DNA from: a virus
Taxonomy: Duplodnaviria; Caudoviricetes
Strand: one strand, 5' to 3'
Length of the DNA: 55,794 nt
IMG/VR virus record: IMGVR_UViG_3300034374_009302
Coordinates: 1-55,794 of that record
The position numbers and the translations under genes are program-made. Position 1 is the first letter of the stretch; each line of letters opens with the position of its first letter. The notes below the pieces were generated by a model. It was not told where the DNA came from. It was given only the letters and a program-made list of their open reading frames with translations, and searched no databases. Below are positions 19,037-27,948 of the stretch, piece by piece.

Positions 19037-20161
19037 TTATTTGTATGCATCACACATGATTGGGTCCGGTGTCCAACTTCCGCCACCTTGTATACTGAAA
19101 TCAAAACCACCCCACTTAAAAGGTTTCCTTGGTTTTCTTGATTTTCTTTTTCTACCTCCCATTGTAACAGCAAAAGACTCGACCTCAAAAGTATCCTCTT
19201 CAGGTTCAATATTTTTAGGTTTAATTTTTGTTCTAACCGCAAATGTAAATCCAATATCTGCTCTTTGGAACTTTTGAAGTGACTTTTTATCGTCACCCTT
19301 TTTCCAAATAGGACCACGAGTACACTCATAATCACCACTGTTCCAATTATCGTATTGTGGTGCGTTTGTGGTGTTAATATTTAATTGGAAATCTGAACTC
19401 GGTTTGATGTTTACACTTGCAAACGCATTCAATACATAATCTTTAACCGCTTGAGCCCTTGCTTCTGATAATTCACAGAAAGTTGGGACTTTCCCAGGAA
19501 ATGTCACTTTACTCTCCAAATTAGGTATTGTTGATGATGATGCAATAACCGTCATAGACTTTAATTCACCAACACCTCTTGAATCTGGAGTTACTTTTAT
19601 TGATTCACCCGCCTTTGTTACAACATCATTGATGTATGATTTGAACTCATTAGTTAAAACCGCTTCATTATATTCGAACTGATTTTTCAAATCCGCAGAT
19701 AATGAAGAAAATTTTAACCCTGGTTCTTCTACTTTACCTGGATTCTCAACTTCTTTAATTGATAATGTGTTTTCTGCAGTTATAAATTGTTTTCTGAGTT
19801 CATCAACCTTTCTATTATAAAAGTTAACACAGTAGAATTGAAATGATGCTGGCATTGAATTGAAGATATTAATACTTTCTTCATCCATCAATTCCATCAT
19901 CTCATCACGCTTAGATTTATTATTTCCTCTTGACATTTTCCATTGAAGATATTCTTCAATATCTTTGTCCTTATTTTCTCCTGTACGTAATGTTGCTTGC
20001 CTTTCTACAAACTCTTTGTATTCAGAATCCTGAGGAGTCAAAAGATAAAATTTTTCTCTTGCTTTGCCCTTGATTTTAATTTCATTCAACTCTTGACCAA
20101 TAATTCTATCTACAATCTTTTGTATGTCGGCTTCATTCAAACGTATTACTTTCTTTGCCAT
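19037..20161 (-). CDS. Protein with an OmpA-C-like domain and a capsid-targeting-like leader
   Basis: LSEARAQAVKDYV resembles the LS..RA..V..Y peptidoglycan-binding motif; leader MAKKVIRLNEADIQKIV; TATTTAT at 20180-20186. Confidence 0.6.
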   Translation of the reverse strand: MAKKVIRLNEADIQKIVDRIIGQELNEIKIKGKAREKFYLLTPQDSEYKEFVERQATLRTGENKDKDIEEYLQWKMSRGNNKSKRDEMMELMDEESINIFNSMPASFQFYCVNFYNRKVDELRKQFITAENTLSIKEVENPGKVEEPGLKFSSLSADLKNQFEYNEAVLTNEFKSYINDVVTKAGESIKVTPDSRGVGELKSMTVIASSSTIPNLESKVTFPGKVPTFCELSEARAQAVKDYVLNAFASVNIKPSSDFQLNINTTNAPQYDNWNSGDYECTRGPIWKKGDDKKSLQKFQRADIGFTFAVRTKIKPKNIEPEEDTFEVESFAVTMGGRKRKSRKPRKPFKWGGFDFSIQGGGSWTPDPIMCDAYK

Positions 20162-20210
20162 AATTAAAAATCTTTTTATATAAATATATTGTCAGAAGAA
20201 AAAAAGTATT

Positions 20211-20218
20211 TATATTTG
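20211..20218 (+). promoter_or_regulatory. TAnnTTTG -7 element of the tmRNA promoter
   Basis: TATATTTG 30 nt upstream of the mature 5' end. Confidence 0.7.
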
Positions 20219-20248
20219 TAGTCAGAAAGAAAGGTTCTTTGAAAATAT

Positions 20249-20645
20249 GGGGGTGAATTGGAATCGATTGGCGTAGATAGTCATACGGGGCACGTAGTGA
20301 GATGTTATCTATCACTTTAATCTATGGTGACACTTTTTTTAACTGGCGAAACAATCGCAAAACTTCAGGCTGTCGGTCTTATCCGCACTGAAGAAGTAAC
20401 TGTGGCGTAAGACGCAACAGTGAAACGGGTCGGTGGACATATAACCTTTGAACAGAAGTCTGTATATGGGAGTCACAGGTCAGAGCTCTCTTAAATAACT
20501 CTGAGACCAGGTTGTTTATTGGTTTGTTTCCCACACACATCAAACCATTTATTTCGGAATGTTGAGAACCAACATTGACCTAAACGTGTAGTCCTTTATG
20601 GGTGATGCGAACAAGACTCGGGTTCGACTCCCGACACCTCCACCA
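20249..20645 (+). ncRNA. ssrA: tmRNA
   Basis: GGGGGTG pairs with CACCTCC including a G3-U wobble; ACCA 3' end; T-arm tcggg-ttcgact-cccga; 397 nt; internal tag frame at 20345-20410 after TTAACT. Confidence 0.93.
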
Positions 20646-20647
20646 AT

Positions 20648-20671
20648 AACCCCTCTTCGGAGGGGTTTTTT
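20648..20671 (+). terminator. tmRNA terminator
   Basis: aacccctc-ttcg-gaggggtt plus a T run. Confidence 0.85.
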
Positions 20672-20749
20672 ATGATTACTAATACCATATAGACATTATC
20701 TATTGGATTTTTAATTTTATTAAACTATTTTAAATAAAAACATTTTATT

Positions 20750-21385
20750 ATGAGCTACGTAGGAAAACATTTCCCAAATATCACGGTCAACGCCATCGAT
20801 GAGATGGGTGATACATTCAAGTTGAATGTCGTTGAAAAAGCAAAATCAGAATCTAAGAAAGTCTTATTGTTCTGGTACCCTAAAGATTTTACCTTCGTTT
20901 GTCCAACGGAGATTCACGCCTTCCAAGAAAAGTTAAAAGACTTTGAAGACCGTAACACTATGGTCATCGGAGCGTCTTGTGACACCGCTGAGGTTCACTT
21001 CGCATGGTTGAATACAGAAAAAGACAACGGTGGTATTGAAGGAGTAACATTCCCATTAATCGCTGACACTACTCGTGAATTGTCAAATAGATTAGGTATC
21101 TTAGACCTCACAGAAACTTTTGATACGACCAATGGTGGTATCAGAATTGAAGGTGATAACGTTACTTACCGTGCGACTTACCTAATTGATGAGGACGGTA
21201 AAGTATTCCACGAATCAGTAAACGACATGCCATTGGGTAGAAACGTGGATGAATACATTCGTCTTATCGACGCTTACTCTCACGTTCAAAAACACGGTGA
21301 GGTATGTCCTGCAAACTGGGAAGAAGGTAAAGAAGCGATGTCAGCAACTCGTGAAGGTGTATCAACGTATTTAAGTAACAACTAA
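20750..21385 (+). CDS. ahpC: 2-Cys peroxiredoxin (AhpC/TSA)
   Basis: YPKDFTFVCPTE and GEVCPANW motifs. Confidence 0.95.
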   Translation: MSYVGKHFPNITVNAIDEMGDTFKLNVVEKAKSESKKVLLFWYPKDFTFVCPTEIHAFQEKLKDFEDRNTMVIGASCDTAEVHFAWLNTEKDNGGIEGVTFPLIADTTRELSNRLGILDLTETFDTTNGGIRIEGDNVTYRATYLIDEDGKVFHESVNDMPLGRNVDEYIRLIDAYSHVQKHGEVCPANWEEGKEAMSATREGVSTYLSNN

Positions 21386-21386
21386 G

Positions 21387-21698
21387 ATGACTGAATTAAC
21401 ACAAGACAATTTGGGTGAAATCTTATCGTCAAACAATAAGGTTATGGTCCAATACGGTGCAGGATGGTGTGGTAACTGTCGTTTGACAAAACCTAAGTTC
21501 AAAAGAATGTCCTCAGAAAATCAGGACATCACATTCGTTTATGTGGATGCTGAGAAACTACCAGGTTCACGTCAGTTCGCAGATGTTTCAAACCTACCAA
21601 CCTTCGCAGGATTTGTGGACGGCAAGTTGGTGAAACAATCTCAAGGAAATAAAATTGAAGTTATACAAGACGTATTACATGAGGTTACCAATCATTAA
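21387..21698 (+). CDS. Thioredoxin-family protein
   Basis: WCGNC active site, LPTF cis-Pro loop. Confidence 0.9.
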   Translation: MTELTQDNLGEILSSNNKVMVQYGAGWCGNCRLTKPKFKRMSSENQDITFVYVDAEKLPGSRQFADVSNLPTFAGFVDGKLVKQSQGNKIEVIQDVLHEVTNH

Positions 21699-21930
21699 GA
21701 CATTAGTAGAGTCTGGTGAATTCGATGAAGATTACATGGAGGAGGCGATTGAAGTCCTCCTCCTAATCTCCGAAGCACGAGGTGTTAAAGACGAGGAGAT
21801 GGAAGTTATCGGTGAACTGATATCCAACATCTCAGGGGCTCAAGAAGTGATGAGAGAAATCAAAAATGGAACCCCTCAGAAAGAAGCCCTCAATGGGTTT
21901 ATGAAAAGAGTCGTCGGAGCAATCAATTAA
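21679..21930 (+). CDS. DUF6952-like protein
   Basis: MRLPIIK...KDEEMEVIGELISNI.GA.EV...EALNGFMKRVVGAI resembles a Bacteroidota family recalled as following thioredoxin; ATG 21679 preferred. Confidence 0.65.
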   Translation: MRLPIIKTLVESGEFDEDYMEEAIEVLLLISEARGVKDEEMEVIGELISNISGAQEVMREIKNGTPQKEALNGFMKRVVGAIN

Positions 21931-22017
21931 TTTTAATCGGCAAGTAAGATTTTATTTGGCAGAGTCCAAATTATGCTTATCTTTGTAGTGTTAATAACAA
22001 CATAAACCCTACAAGAC

Positions 22018-22770
22018 ATGGCAGTAACAGGAATCAACATCGAAGAAAAAGTAAAAAACTACGAAGGAACCAGCAACTTCCTAAACTCTCTAAAAGCTAA
22101 CTTGAGCAAATACGGTCGTCTCACTCCAAAACAATACACTGCGGCTGAGAAAATCATCGTATCTGAATCTCGCAAAGACGAGGTTAACGTAGAAGAACTA
22201 CCTGCAAACCTCAAAGCCATCGTTACCTACAAAGGTGAGAGCACGTTCATCAACGACCTCAAAGACAAATACATGAAATACCGTCGTCTGACTGAGAAGC
22301 AAGTAATTGCAGGTTCTCAAGCAGTTGACCGTGAGGTTCAGAAAAACTCTCAAAAAGACCTTAACATCCCACTTGTAGGGGACACCATCAAAATCGGTCG
22401 CAAGATTGCCCTCGAAATCAAAAAAAGTTACGACTTGGATTTCCACCCGATTTTGGTTGACGTTACCAAATTGGTAAAATCTTCAAACCGAGCACTCCTC
22501 ATCCGAGCAAAACTCACAAAAGAAAACGGTGGTATCTGCCGTTGTTGTGGAAAGACCCTCACTGATGAGATGTCTCAAATGACAGGTATCGGTCCGGTAT
22601 GTGCGACTTACGTAGGTGTTAAACACCCCGCAAGTCGTCGTGACATCCCTCAATTCCAAGAGGAAATTGCAAAGAAAATCGACGAGATTGGTGAGTTCGA
22701 GTTTTGGATACCAAAGAGCTCAATCCAAAAGTGGACAGGAACAGGAGCAGTCCTAATGAAAATCTTCTAA
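22018..22770 (+). CDS. Protein with a duplicated N-terminal module and a DUF6011-like zinc finger
   Basis: Two F...LK....KY.RLT.KQ repeats; CRCCGKTLTD..S...GIGPVCA; TATCTTTG at 21978-21985. Confidence 0.65.
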   Translation: MAVTGINIEEKVKNYEGTSNFLNSLKANLSKYGRLTPKQYTAAEKIIVSESRKDEVNVEELPANLKAIVTYKGESTFINDLKDKYMKYRRLTEKQVIAGSQAVDREVQKNSQKDLNIPLVGDTIKIGRKIALEIKKSYDLDFHPILVDVTKLVKSSNRALLIRAKLTKENGGICRCCGKTLTDEMSQMTGIGPVCATYVGVKHPASRRDIPQFQEEIAKKIDEIGEFEFWIPKSSIQKWTGTGAVLMKIF

Positions 22771-22781
22771 GAACCAACAAC

Positions 22782-22801
22782 GGGGAGGGAAACCTCCCCT
22801 T
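22782..22801 (+). terminator. GC-rich hairpin (weak terminator or processing stem)
   Basis: ggggagg-gaaa-cctcccc; only a short T tract. Confidence 0.45.
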
Positions 22802-22814
22802 AACACCATAACAA

Positions 22815-23678
22815 ATGAAAAAACTACTTACCCTTTTACTCCTACCTCTGACCGTATTGTCTCAACCCACATTTACCAATACTAACTATTTGGGTGAATA
22901 CGAAGATGCATACTACTACATGTCAACCAATACATTCAGTTATTGGGACGCTGTGGATGATTTAAAAGAAAAAGATTCTACCCTCACCCTTATTTCTATT
23001 CACTCTCAGGGAGAGATGGACTTCATTGACTCAACAATGAATTACGGACCTGGTCAACATTACGCATGGATTGGTGCCACTGATACTGCTGAAGAAGGTG
23101 TGTTTGAGTGGTTGGACGGAACCCTATGGGATTTTGAATACTTCTCTCAAGGTGAACCGAGCAACGGTGTTAATACAGGTGGTTACGAGGAAAACTATGT
23201 AATGATTAACTACACTCAAGATGTTTACGGTCGTCACTGGAATGATGCAACCAACCTAACCGATAACTTCTTCTATCTTTTTAAAGTTGAAAAGGGTGGG
23301 AGTTCATCTCCGATGGATAGTGTATTTGTGATTGATGACAATATTGAATTCTCACCTGTCGTCGCAACCTCGCAAGATACGACAAATAATTCAGGTAACC
23401 AAACATGGGAAGATTTTTCCGCTTACGATATTCAAATTTATCCAAACCCCTTTAAGTCTTCATACGAACACTTTTACTTTCGTTCACCGTGGAGGGGTGA
23501 CGCACTAATCGCAATCAAAGACCGTTCAGGGAAAGTTGTTCACCATCAGATTCATACCATCACCGAACGGGACCATCGAGTAGATGTCGGATATCTAAGT
23601 CCAGGTAGTTACATCGGAATTGTTAAGATGGTAAACCAAAAACTAAAATATAAGTTTGTAGTTATAGTTGTTGATTAA
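22815..23678 (+). CDS. Secreted C-type lectin domain protein with a T9SS C-terminal sorting domain
   Basis: Signal peptide; LISIHSQGE..FI, WIG, EG.F.W.DG, GEPSN, ENY, WND; CTD IYPNP...DRSGKVV...LSPGSY...K. Confidence 0.8.
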   Translation: MKKLLTLLLLPLTVLSQPTFTNTNYLGEYEDAYYYMSTNTFSYWDAVDDLKEKDSTLTLISIHSQGEMDFIDSTMNYGPGQHYAWIGATDTAEEGVFEWLDGTLWDFEYFSQGEPSNGVNTGGYEENYVMINYTQDVYGRHWNDATNLTDNFFYLFKVEKGGSSSPMDSVFVIDDNIEFSPVVATSQDTTNNSGNQTWEDFSAYDIQIYPNPFKSSYEHFYFRSPWRGDALIAIKDRSGKVVHHQIHTITERDHRVDVGYLSPGSYIGIVKMVNQKLKYKFVVIVVD

Positions 23679-24412
23679 GCATCGGGAGAGGTTAGGGAGT
23701 TACCTAAACTCTCCCATCTTGTTTGACCCACAAAGTTCTTCTTCGTAGCAATTGCATTAATATTGGAGATAAACATCTCTCTAATATCACTACGAGGATG
23801 TGAAGCTATAACTGCAGAAAGAAACTCATCACTAACAATGATATTCTGTTTCAATATTGGTAAATGTTGTTCAACCAATTTCTCCAACGCACTTCTCCTT
23901 AAAATATAACTGTGGGTGTTGTAAAAGAATGTGGGTTTTACCCAATGATTAAGACCGATTCTAATCGGTGTTGAAATATTATGAAAGTTATCGTGTAATG
24001 AGTTGTGAGCCAATAAGGCCATTTCCCACTCATAACCCTGAGTCTCATCAAAGATATTCCAATCGATAGGTTCCATAGAGATAAAGTCATCTTCCAATAT
24101 CATAATGGTCTTATAACCCTTCTCATACGCATCTTCCCATATTTTGGTGTGGGATATCATTCCACCGGCCTCACCCCATGTTGTGGGTCTATTCCAAAAT
24201 CCATATTCAATAACCTCAGGAGACAACGCCCAACCGTCATACAACTTATATGGGAGGTTTTCTTCCGTTTGTAGTCTCTTACCTACAAAACCTTCAAATA
24301 CTTTAATAGGGGTCCCCTCAGGGAATGGGAGACCTTTTGCCCTGTCCAATAGCTCTTCAATATATTCTTCTCTCAAATCTATTGAGATGATGTAGACCTG
24401 GTCTATCTGCAT
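23675..24412 (-). CDS. Glycosyltransferase, family 25-like
   Basis: VYIISI, GE.G...SH..IW, IMILEDD, THSYI. Confidence 0.78.
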   Translation of the reverse strand: MQIDQVYIISIDLREEYIEELLDRAKGLPFPEGTPIKVFEGFVGKRLQTEENLPYKLYDGWALSPEVIEYGFWNRPTTWGEAGGMISHTKIWEDAYEKGYKTIMILEDDFISMEPIDWNIFDETQGYEWEMALLAHNSLHDNFHNISTPIRIGLNHWVKPTFFYNTHSYILRRSALEKLVEQHLPILKQNIIVSDEFLSAVIASHPRSDIREMFISNINAIATKKNFVGQTRWESLGNSLTSPDA

Positions 24413-24413
24413 A

Positions 24414-25358
24414 TTATAAACTAACTAACATATCCAACAGTTCCTGTTGTGGGAACATATCGAACTTATCTTTCCTTACATTGGTGTGGGAGAATAATCC
24501 TTTTATATCTCCTCTTCTAGCAGATTCAGAATAATCAAATGCTTTAGCACCAACGTTACTTACCCATTTAGGTAAACCTTCACAGATGTCGATACCGTCT
24601 CTTTCTGCAATATATAATATGTTTTCTTTCAACGCAAATAGTGATTCATCCGAATACCTGTGCCAATATTGGTGACCTCTAAACGGTTCTTTTAGTTTTA
24701 CAATTTGAGATTCTGTAGCCTCAACACCAACATAGTTGTAATACTTACCTTTAGTTTTATCTATCCAAACGTTTTTCTTATTTACCTTATCCCATTTATA
24801 ATAACCACCTTCGGTTAAATATCCAAAGTTACAGACCTCAATACCTACAGAGTTTCTATGCATATAACTGTTACCAGTACCCAAATGCCAACCGTAATTA
24901 CCGTCAGGGAATGCTTGAACAATCTCACCATCATATTTGTCGTTATTACCTTTAATTGATTGACCACCAATAACAAACTCTGTGGCAATATTACCACGTT
25001 TATCTCTACCCCAATCTCTTATCACATTATATGGGTTTTCCCAACCTGCGGTGTGGTGAATAAAAAGGTATTCAGGTTTTCCATTCATTCTAAAATACTC
25101 ATCACTCGGCAAATAGTCCTGTCGAATAATCATACCACCTGGTGTTGTTAATAATGCTTCGGTATTGTCTGTGCTAATAATACCCATAGCATTTAATGTT
25201 TTAGGTCCAACAATACCGTCAGGCGTTAAACCATTTTTCCTTTGCCAATTCTTCACTTCCATTTCAGTCATCGGACCAAAATCACCATCAGTAACGATAC
25301 CCAAAAATTCTTGGAGTAGTTTGACTTCATCACCTTTGGAACCTAATTTTAATATCAT
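24414..25358 (-). CDS. N-acetylmuramoyl-L-alanine amidase with an N-terminal PG-binding domain (probable endolysin)
   Basis: LKLGSKG..V..LQ..L...DG.FG..T...V..WQ...GL..DGIVG..T; IHHTAG, WH.G, SVGIE, SH....K.D; TATTTAT at 25387-25393. Confidence 0.85.
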   Translation of the reverse strand: MILKLGSKGDEVKLLQEFLGIVTDGDFGPMTEMEVKNWQRKNGLTPDGIVGPKTLNAMGIISTDNTEALLTTPGGMIIRQDYLPSDEYFRMNGKPEYLFIHHTAGWENPYNVIRDWGRDKRGNIATEFVIGGQSIKGNNDKYDGEIVQAFPDGNYGWHLGTGNSYMHRNSVGIEVCNFGYLTEGGYYKWDKVNKKNVWIDKTKGKYYNYVGVEATESQIVKLKEPFRGHQYWHRYSDESLFALKENILYIAERDGIDICEGLPKWVSNVGAKAFDYSESARRGDIKGLFSHTNVRKDKFDMFPQQELLDMLVSL

Positions 25359-25443
25359 TTTGTTTTACGTTTGAAGTATTTATTGAATAAATATTCTTAC
25401 TAAATTATATAACATATTTCATTAAAAGATAGTCTTTTATCAG

Positions 25444-25932
25444 ATGGAGAGAGTTTTAGTATTGAACTCAGACTTTTCACCCTTGAATGTTACCTCACTT
25501 AGAAGAGGGTTCATTTTGGTAGAAAAAGGAAAAGCTGAGGTTTTAAAGAAGGGAAAAGATATCGTTACATCAATAGGTAACTTTGTTAGACCTATTGTGA
25601 TTAGATTATTGGACTACGTTAGGTTTAGACCTAAAAATATCGGCGTTACTCGTCGTAGAGTATTCAAAAGAGATAACTACAAATGTGTTTACTGTGGTAG
25701 TGGTAAAAACCTTACCATCGACCACGTTGTTCCCAAATCTAAAGGTGGTGACAACAGTTGGACCAACCTGGTAACTTCATGCAGTAGATGTAACTGTAAT
25801 AAGGGTGATAAGACTCCTGAGGAGGCTGGAATGAAAATGTCTCACAAACCATACACTCCGAATTTGTTCTCAAGAGTTTTGGATGATTCAGTGGAGGAAA
25901 TTTGGATTGATTTCAAAAAGTTATATTACTAA
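25444..25932 (+). CDS. HNH endonuclease (McrA-like)
   Basis: VLVLN....L, RD..KCVYCG...TIDHVVP.SKGG...W.NLV.SC..CN..K. Confidence 0.9.
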   Translation: MERVLVLNSDFSPLNVTSLRRGFILVEKGKAEVLKKGKDIVTSIGNFVRPIVIRLLDYVRFRPKNIGVTRRRVFKRDNYKCVYCGSGKNLTIDHVVPKSKGGDNSWTNLVTSCSRCNCNKGDKTPEEAGMKMSHKPYTPNLFSRVLDDSVEEIWIDFKKLYY

Positions 25933-25933
25933 C

Positions 25934-25960
25934 AAAAAAAGGTGTCCAAATGGACACCTT
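25934..25960 (-). terminator. Intrinsic terminator
   Basis: aaggtgtcc..ggacacctt hairpin with a T run on the minus strand, between convergent genes. Confidence 0.7.
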
Positions 25961-25996
25961 CCTTAGATAAACCTAACCTCCTTTTCTTTTGTTGGT

Positions 25997-26584
25997 TTAT
26001 GAAACGATATTATCTCTAATATCCTTCATCTTCGCGTCCATTTTGGTGTTAATGTCACCCATCACTGGACTCAACATGTCAACAAACATGTCTTCTAATT
26101 CTTTCTCACTATTTGGGTCCTGAGCAAGTTTTGCAACTTTGCTTTTCATAAACTCAGGTAGATTGTCTAAATATTCAGTTGAAAAGTCTTCGTTGTAAAC
26201 CTCAGCCAATTTAGAGGCCAAGAAACGAGGTTCCGTAAATAATTTAGGAACATCTTCAATGTCAGTATCACCAACCGCTTTCTCAACAACTTTTTTCTCA
26301 AACTCACCAATGTTTAACTTACTCATCAAAAAATCTGTAAGTTTACTTTTTACGGTTTCCATAAATTGTGGTCCATCATCTTCAAACATTTGATTAAGAA
26401 CAACCAAAAGGTTTTCATTAACCAATTCAGTGTTGTAATTTTGTTTTCTTAAATACTTCACCTCAGAAACTATACCCGAAACATTTTCAGCAATCATCAA
26501 ACGAGTTTTAATAACCTTAGATTCGTTAAGTTTCTTTTCTGAAGTTTTTTTAATCTCAGTTATATGTCTTTTTAAATTTTTCAT
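25997..26584 (-). CDS. Hypothetical late-type protein
   Basis: 195 aa, leader MKNLKRHITE...KLNE; coupled to the upstream gene by TAATG. Confidence 0.75.
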   Translation of the reverse strand: MKNLKRHITEIKKTSEKKLNESKVIKTRLMIAENVSGIVSEVKYLRKQNYNTELVNENLLVVLNQMFEDDGPQFMETVKSKLTDFLMSKLNIGEFEKKVVEKAVGDTDIEDVPKLFTEPRFLASKLAEVYNEDFSTEYLDNLPEFMKSKVAKLAQDPNSEKELEDMFVDMLSPVMGDINTKMDAKMKDIRDNIVS

Positions 26585-27936
26585 TATTTAAATTTTTGAC
26601 CTGAAACTGTATTATCTGACCAATTTATTCTAAACTCAGGTGAGAAACTACTCATACGGTCTAAACGAAAATCGGTACCACTTTTTCTTAATTTACCTTC
26701 AACAAATTCAACATCACCAATTCCCCACTTACCACCGTGTTGGTCTCTACAACGGTCTAAATAAAGTGCGGTAGCTTTAAGGTTGTCAATATCAATAGCA
26801 TAATCATCAGTTGCTAATTCATAGAATGATTTAGTTGCAGTTTTACAAAATTCTTTAGTGACTTTTCCACTCTCAATAATATTATTTAAATTCTGTGAAA
26901 TTTCATCACCACTTCTTTTTTTCATTCTATACATAGGTAATGATGTAAAACCTAAACCTTCAAAGACTGTTGGATTTAATTTTACCAAATCAACCACTTC
27001 ATAACTGTTAATAGTTTCATCACCAGGGAAGGTTAACACATAATCTTCTCTCATTTTATTTTCAATGGCAGTTTTAACTCCCTGATATTTTGAATCTGAT
27101 AGAATATTTTTAATTCCTCCCCATCCTTCGACTGACGCCTTTTTCTGAATTTGGTCACCATTCAAACCTACTTCTTCTTCAGGTCTCTTTTCAGGTTCTG
27201 TAGATGATTGTTGACCTTGTTGCTGTCCTTGTTGCTGTCCTTGTTGTGGTTCTTGTTCTAACTCAACAGGTTTTTGACTTTTTCTCACATAAGCAGATTT
27301 AATCTTTTCTAATTGATTATCTGTCAAATCAGACGATACAATATCAAACTTTGAACTTCCAGGTGTATAGAAAATATAACCTCTATCAGCCCCTCTACTC
27401 TGTTCTTTAACAACCGCACGACTCTCAATCAATAAACTTTCTAATCCCAATCTAAACTTATTCTCCTGAATGGTGTCAAATTCTATATCAAAGAAATTAG
27501 GGTCATACTCAAAATAAAATGGATGTTTTTTCTTATCAACCAAATACCTGACCATATAATCCACAAATAAATCATCTCTATTGTTGTCATTCAATTGTCC
27601 ATTTGTTTCTAATGACAATAATATAGACGATATCGAGTTTAAAGCATCTTCTTCATCAAACCTAATCGGAGTCTCACTCTGTCCATTATAAAACTTAACA
27701 GTCTTCATAAGACCAGCTAATTTATCTCTTAAATCACCACCTTGATTATCATCTACGACGACGACATCATCACCCTGTTTATTATCTACAGGTGCATCAT
27801 TAGGACTTACACCTTGGTCTACACTTCCTTGTTCTGAGCTTCCTTGTTCTTCGCCACTAGTTTCAGTATCGACGACTGGTGGTCTAACGGGGTCAGGTCT
27901 TTCTTGTTCTAATAATACGGCTAATCCTTTTTTCAT
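26584..27936 (-). CDS. Hypothetical late-type protein with low-complexity linkers
   Basis: 450 aa, leader MKKGLAVLLE; QQGQ repeats. Confidence 0.75.
   Translation of the reverse strand: MKKGLAVLLEQERPDPVRPPVVDTETSGEEQGSSEQGSVDQGVSPNDAPVDNKQGDDVVVVDDNQGGDLRDKLAGLMKTVKFYNGQSETPIRFDEEDALNSISSILLSLETNGQLNDNNRDDLFVDYMVRYLVDKKKHPFYFEYDPNFFDIEFDTIQENKFRLGLESLLIESRAVVKEQSRGADRGYIFYTPGSSKFDIVSSDLTDNQLEKIKSAYVRKSQKPVELEQEPQQGQQQGQQQGQQSSTEPEKRPEEEVGLNGDQIQKKASVEGWGGIKNILSDSKYQGVKTAIENKMREDYVLTFPGDETINSYEVVDLVKLNPTVFEGLGFTSLPMYRMKKRSGDEISQNLNNIIESGKVTKEFCKTATKSFYELATDDYAIDIDNLKATALYLDRCRDQHGGKWGIGDVEFVEGKLRKSGTDFRLDRMSSFSPEFRINWSDNTVSGQKFK
27210..27246 (-). repeat. 12-bp coding tandem repeat (QQGQ)
   Basis: About three units of ccttgttgctgt encoding QQGQQQGQQQGQQ. 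Confidence 0.7.
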
Positions 27937-27948
27937 TTTATTATTGAC

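Noticed and set aside
20133-20315. 60-aa minus-strand ORF
   Set aside because: It is antisense to the tmRNA and its promoter, with no coding features.
20610-20645. A stand-alone tRNA gene
   Set aside because: The T-arm and CCA end pair with the 5' end at 20249, and there is no anticodon arm; it is the tRNA-like domain of the tmRNA.
25444-25932. HNH gene as an intron-encoded homing endonuclease
   Set aside because: It is free-standing between intact genes, with no split gene or group I intron structure seen.
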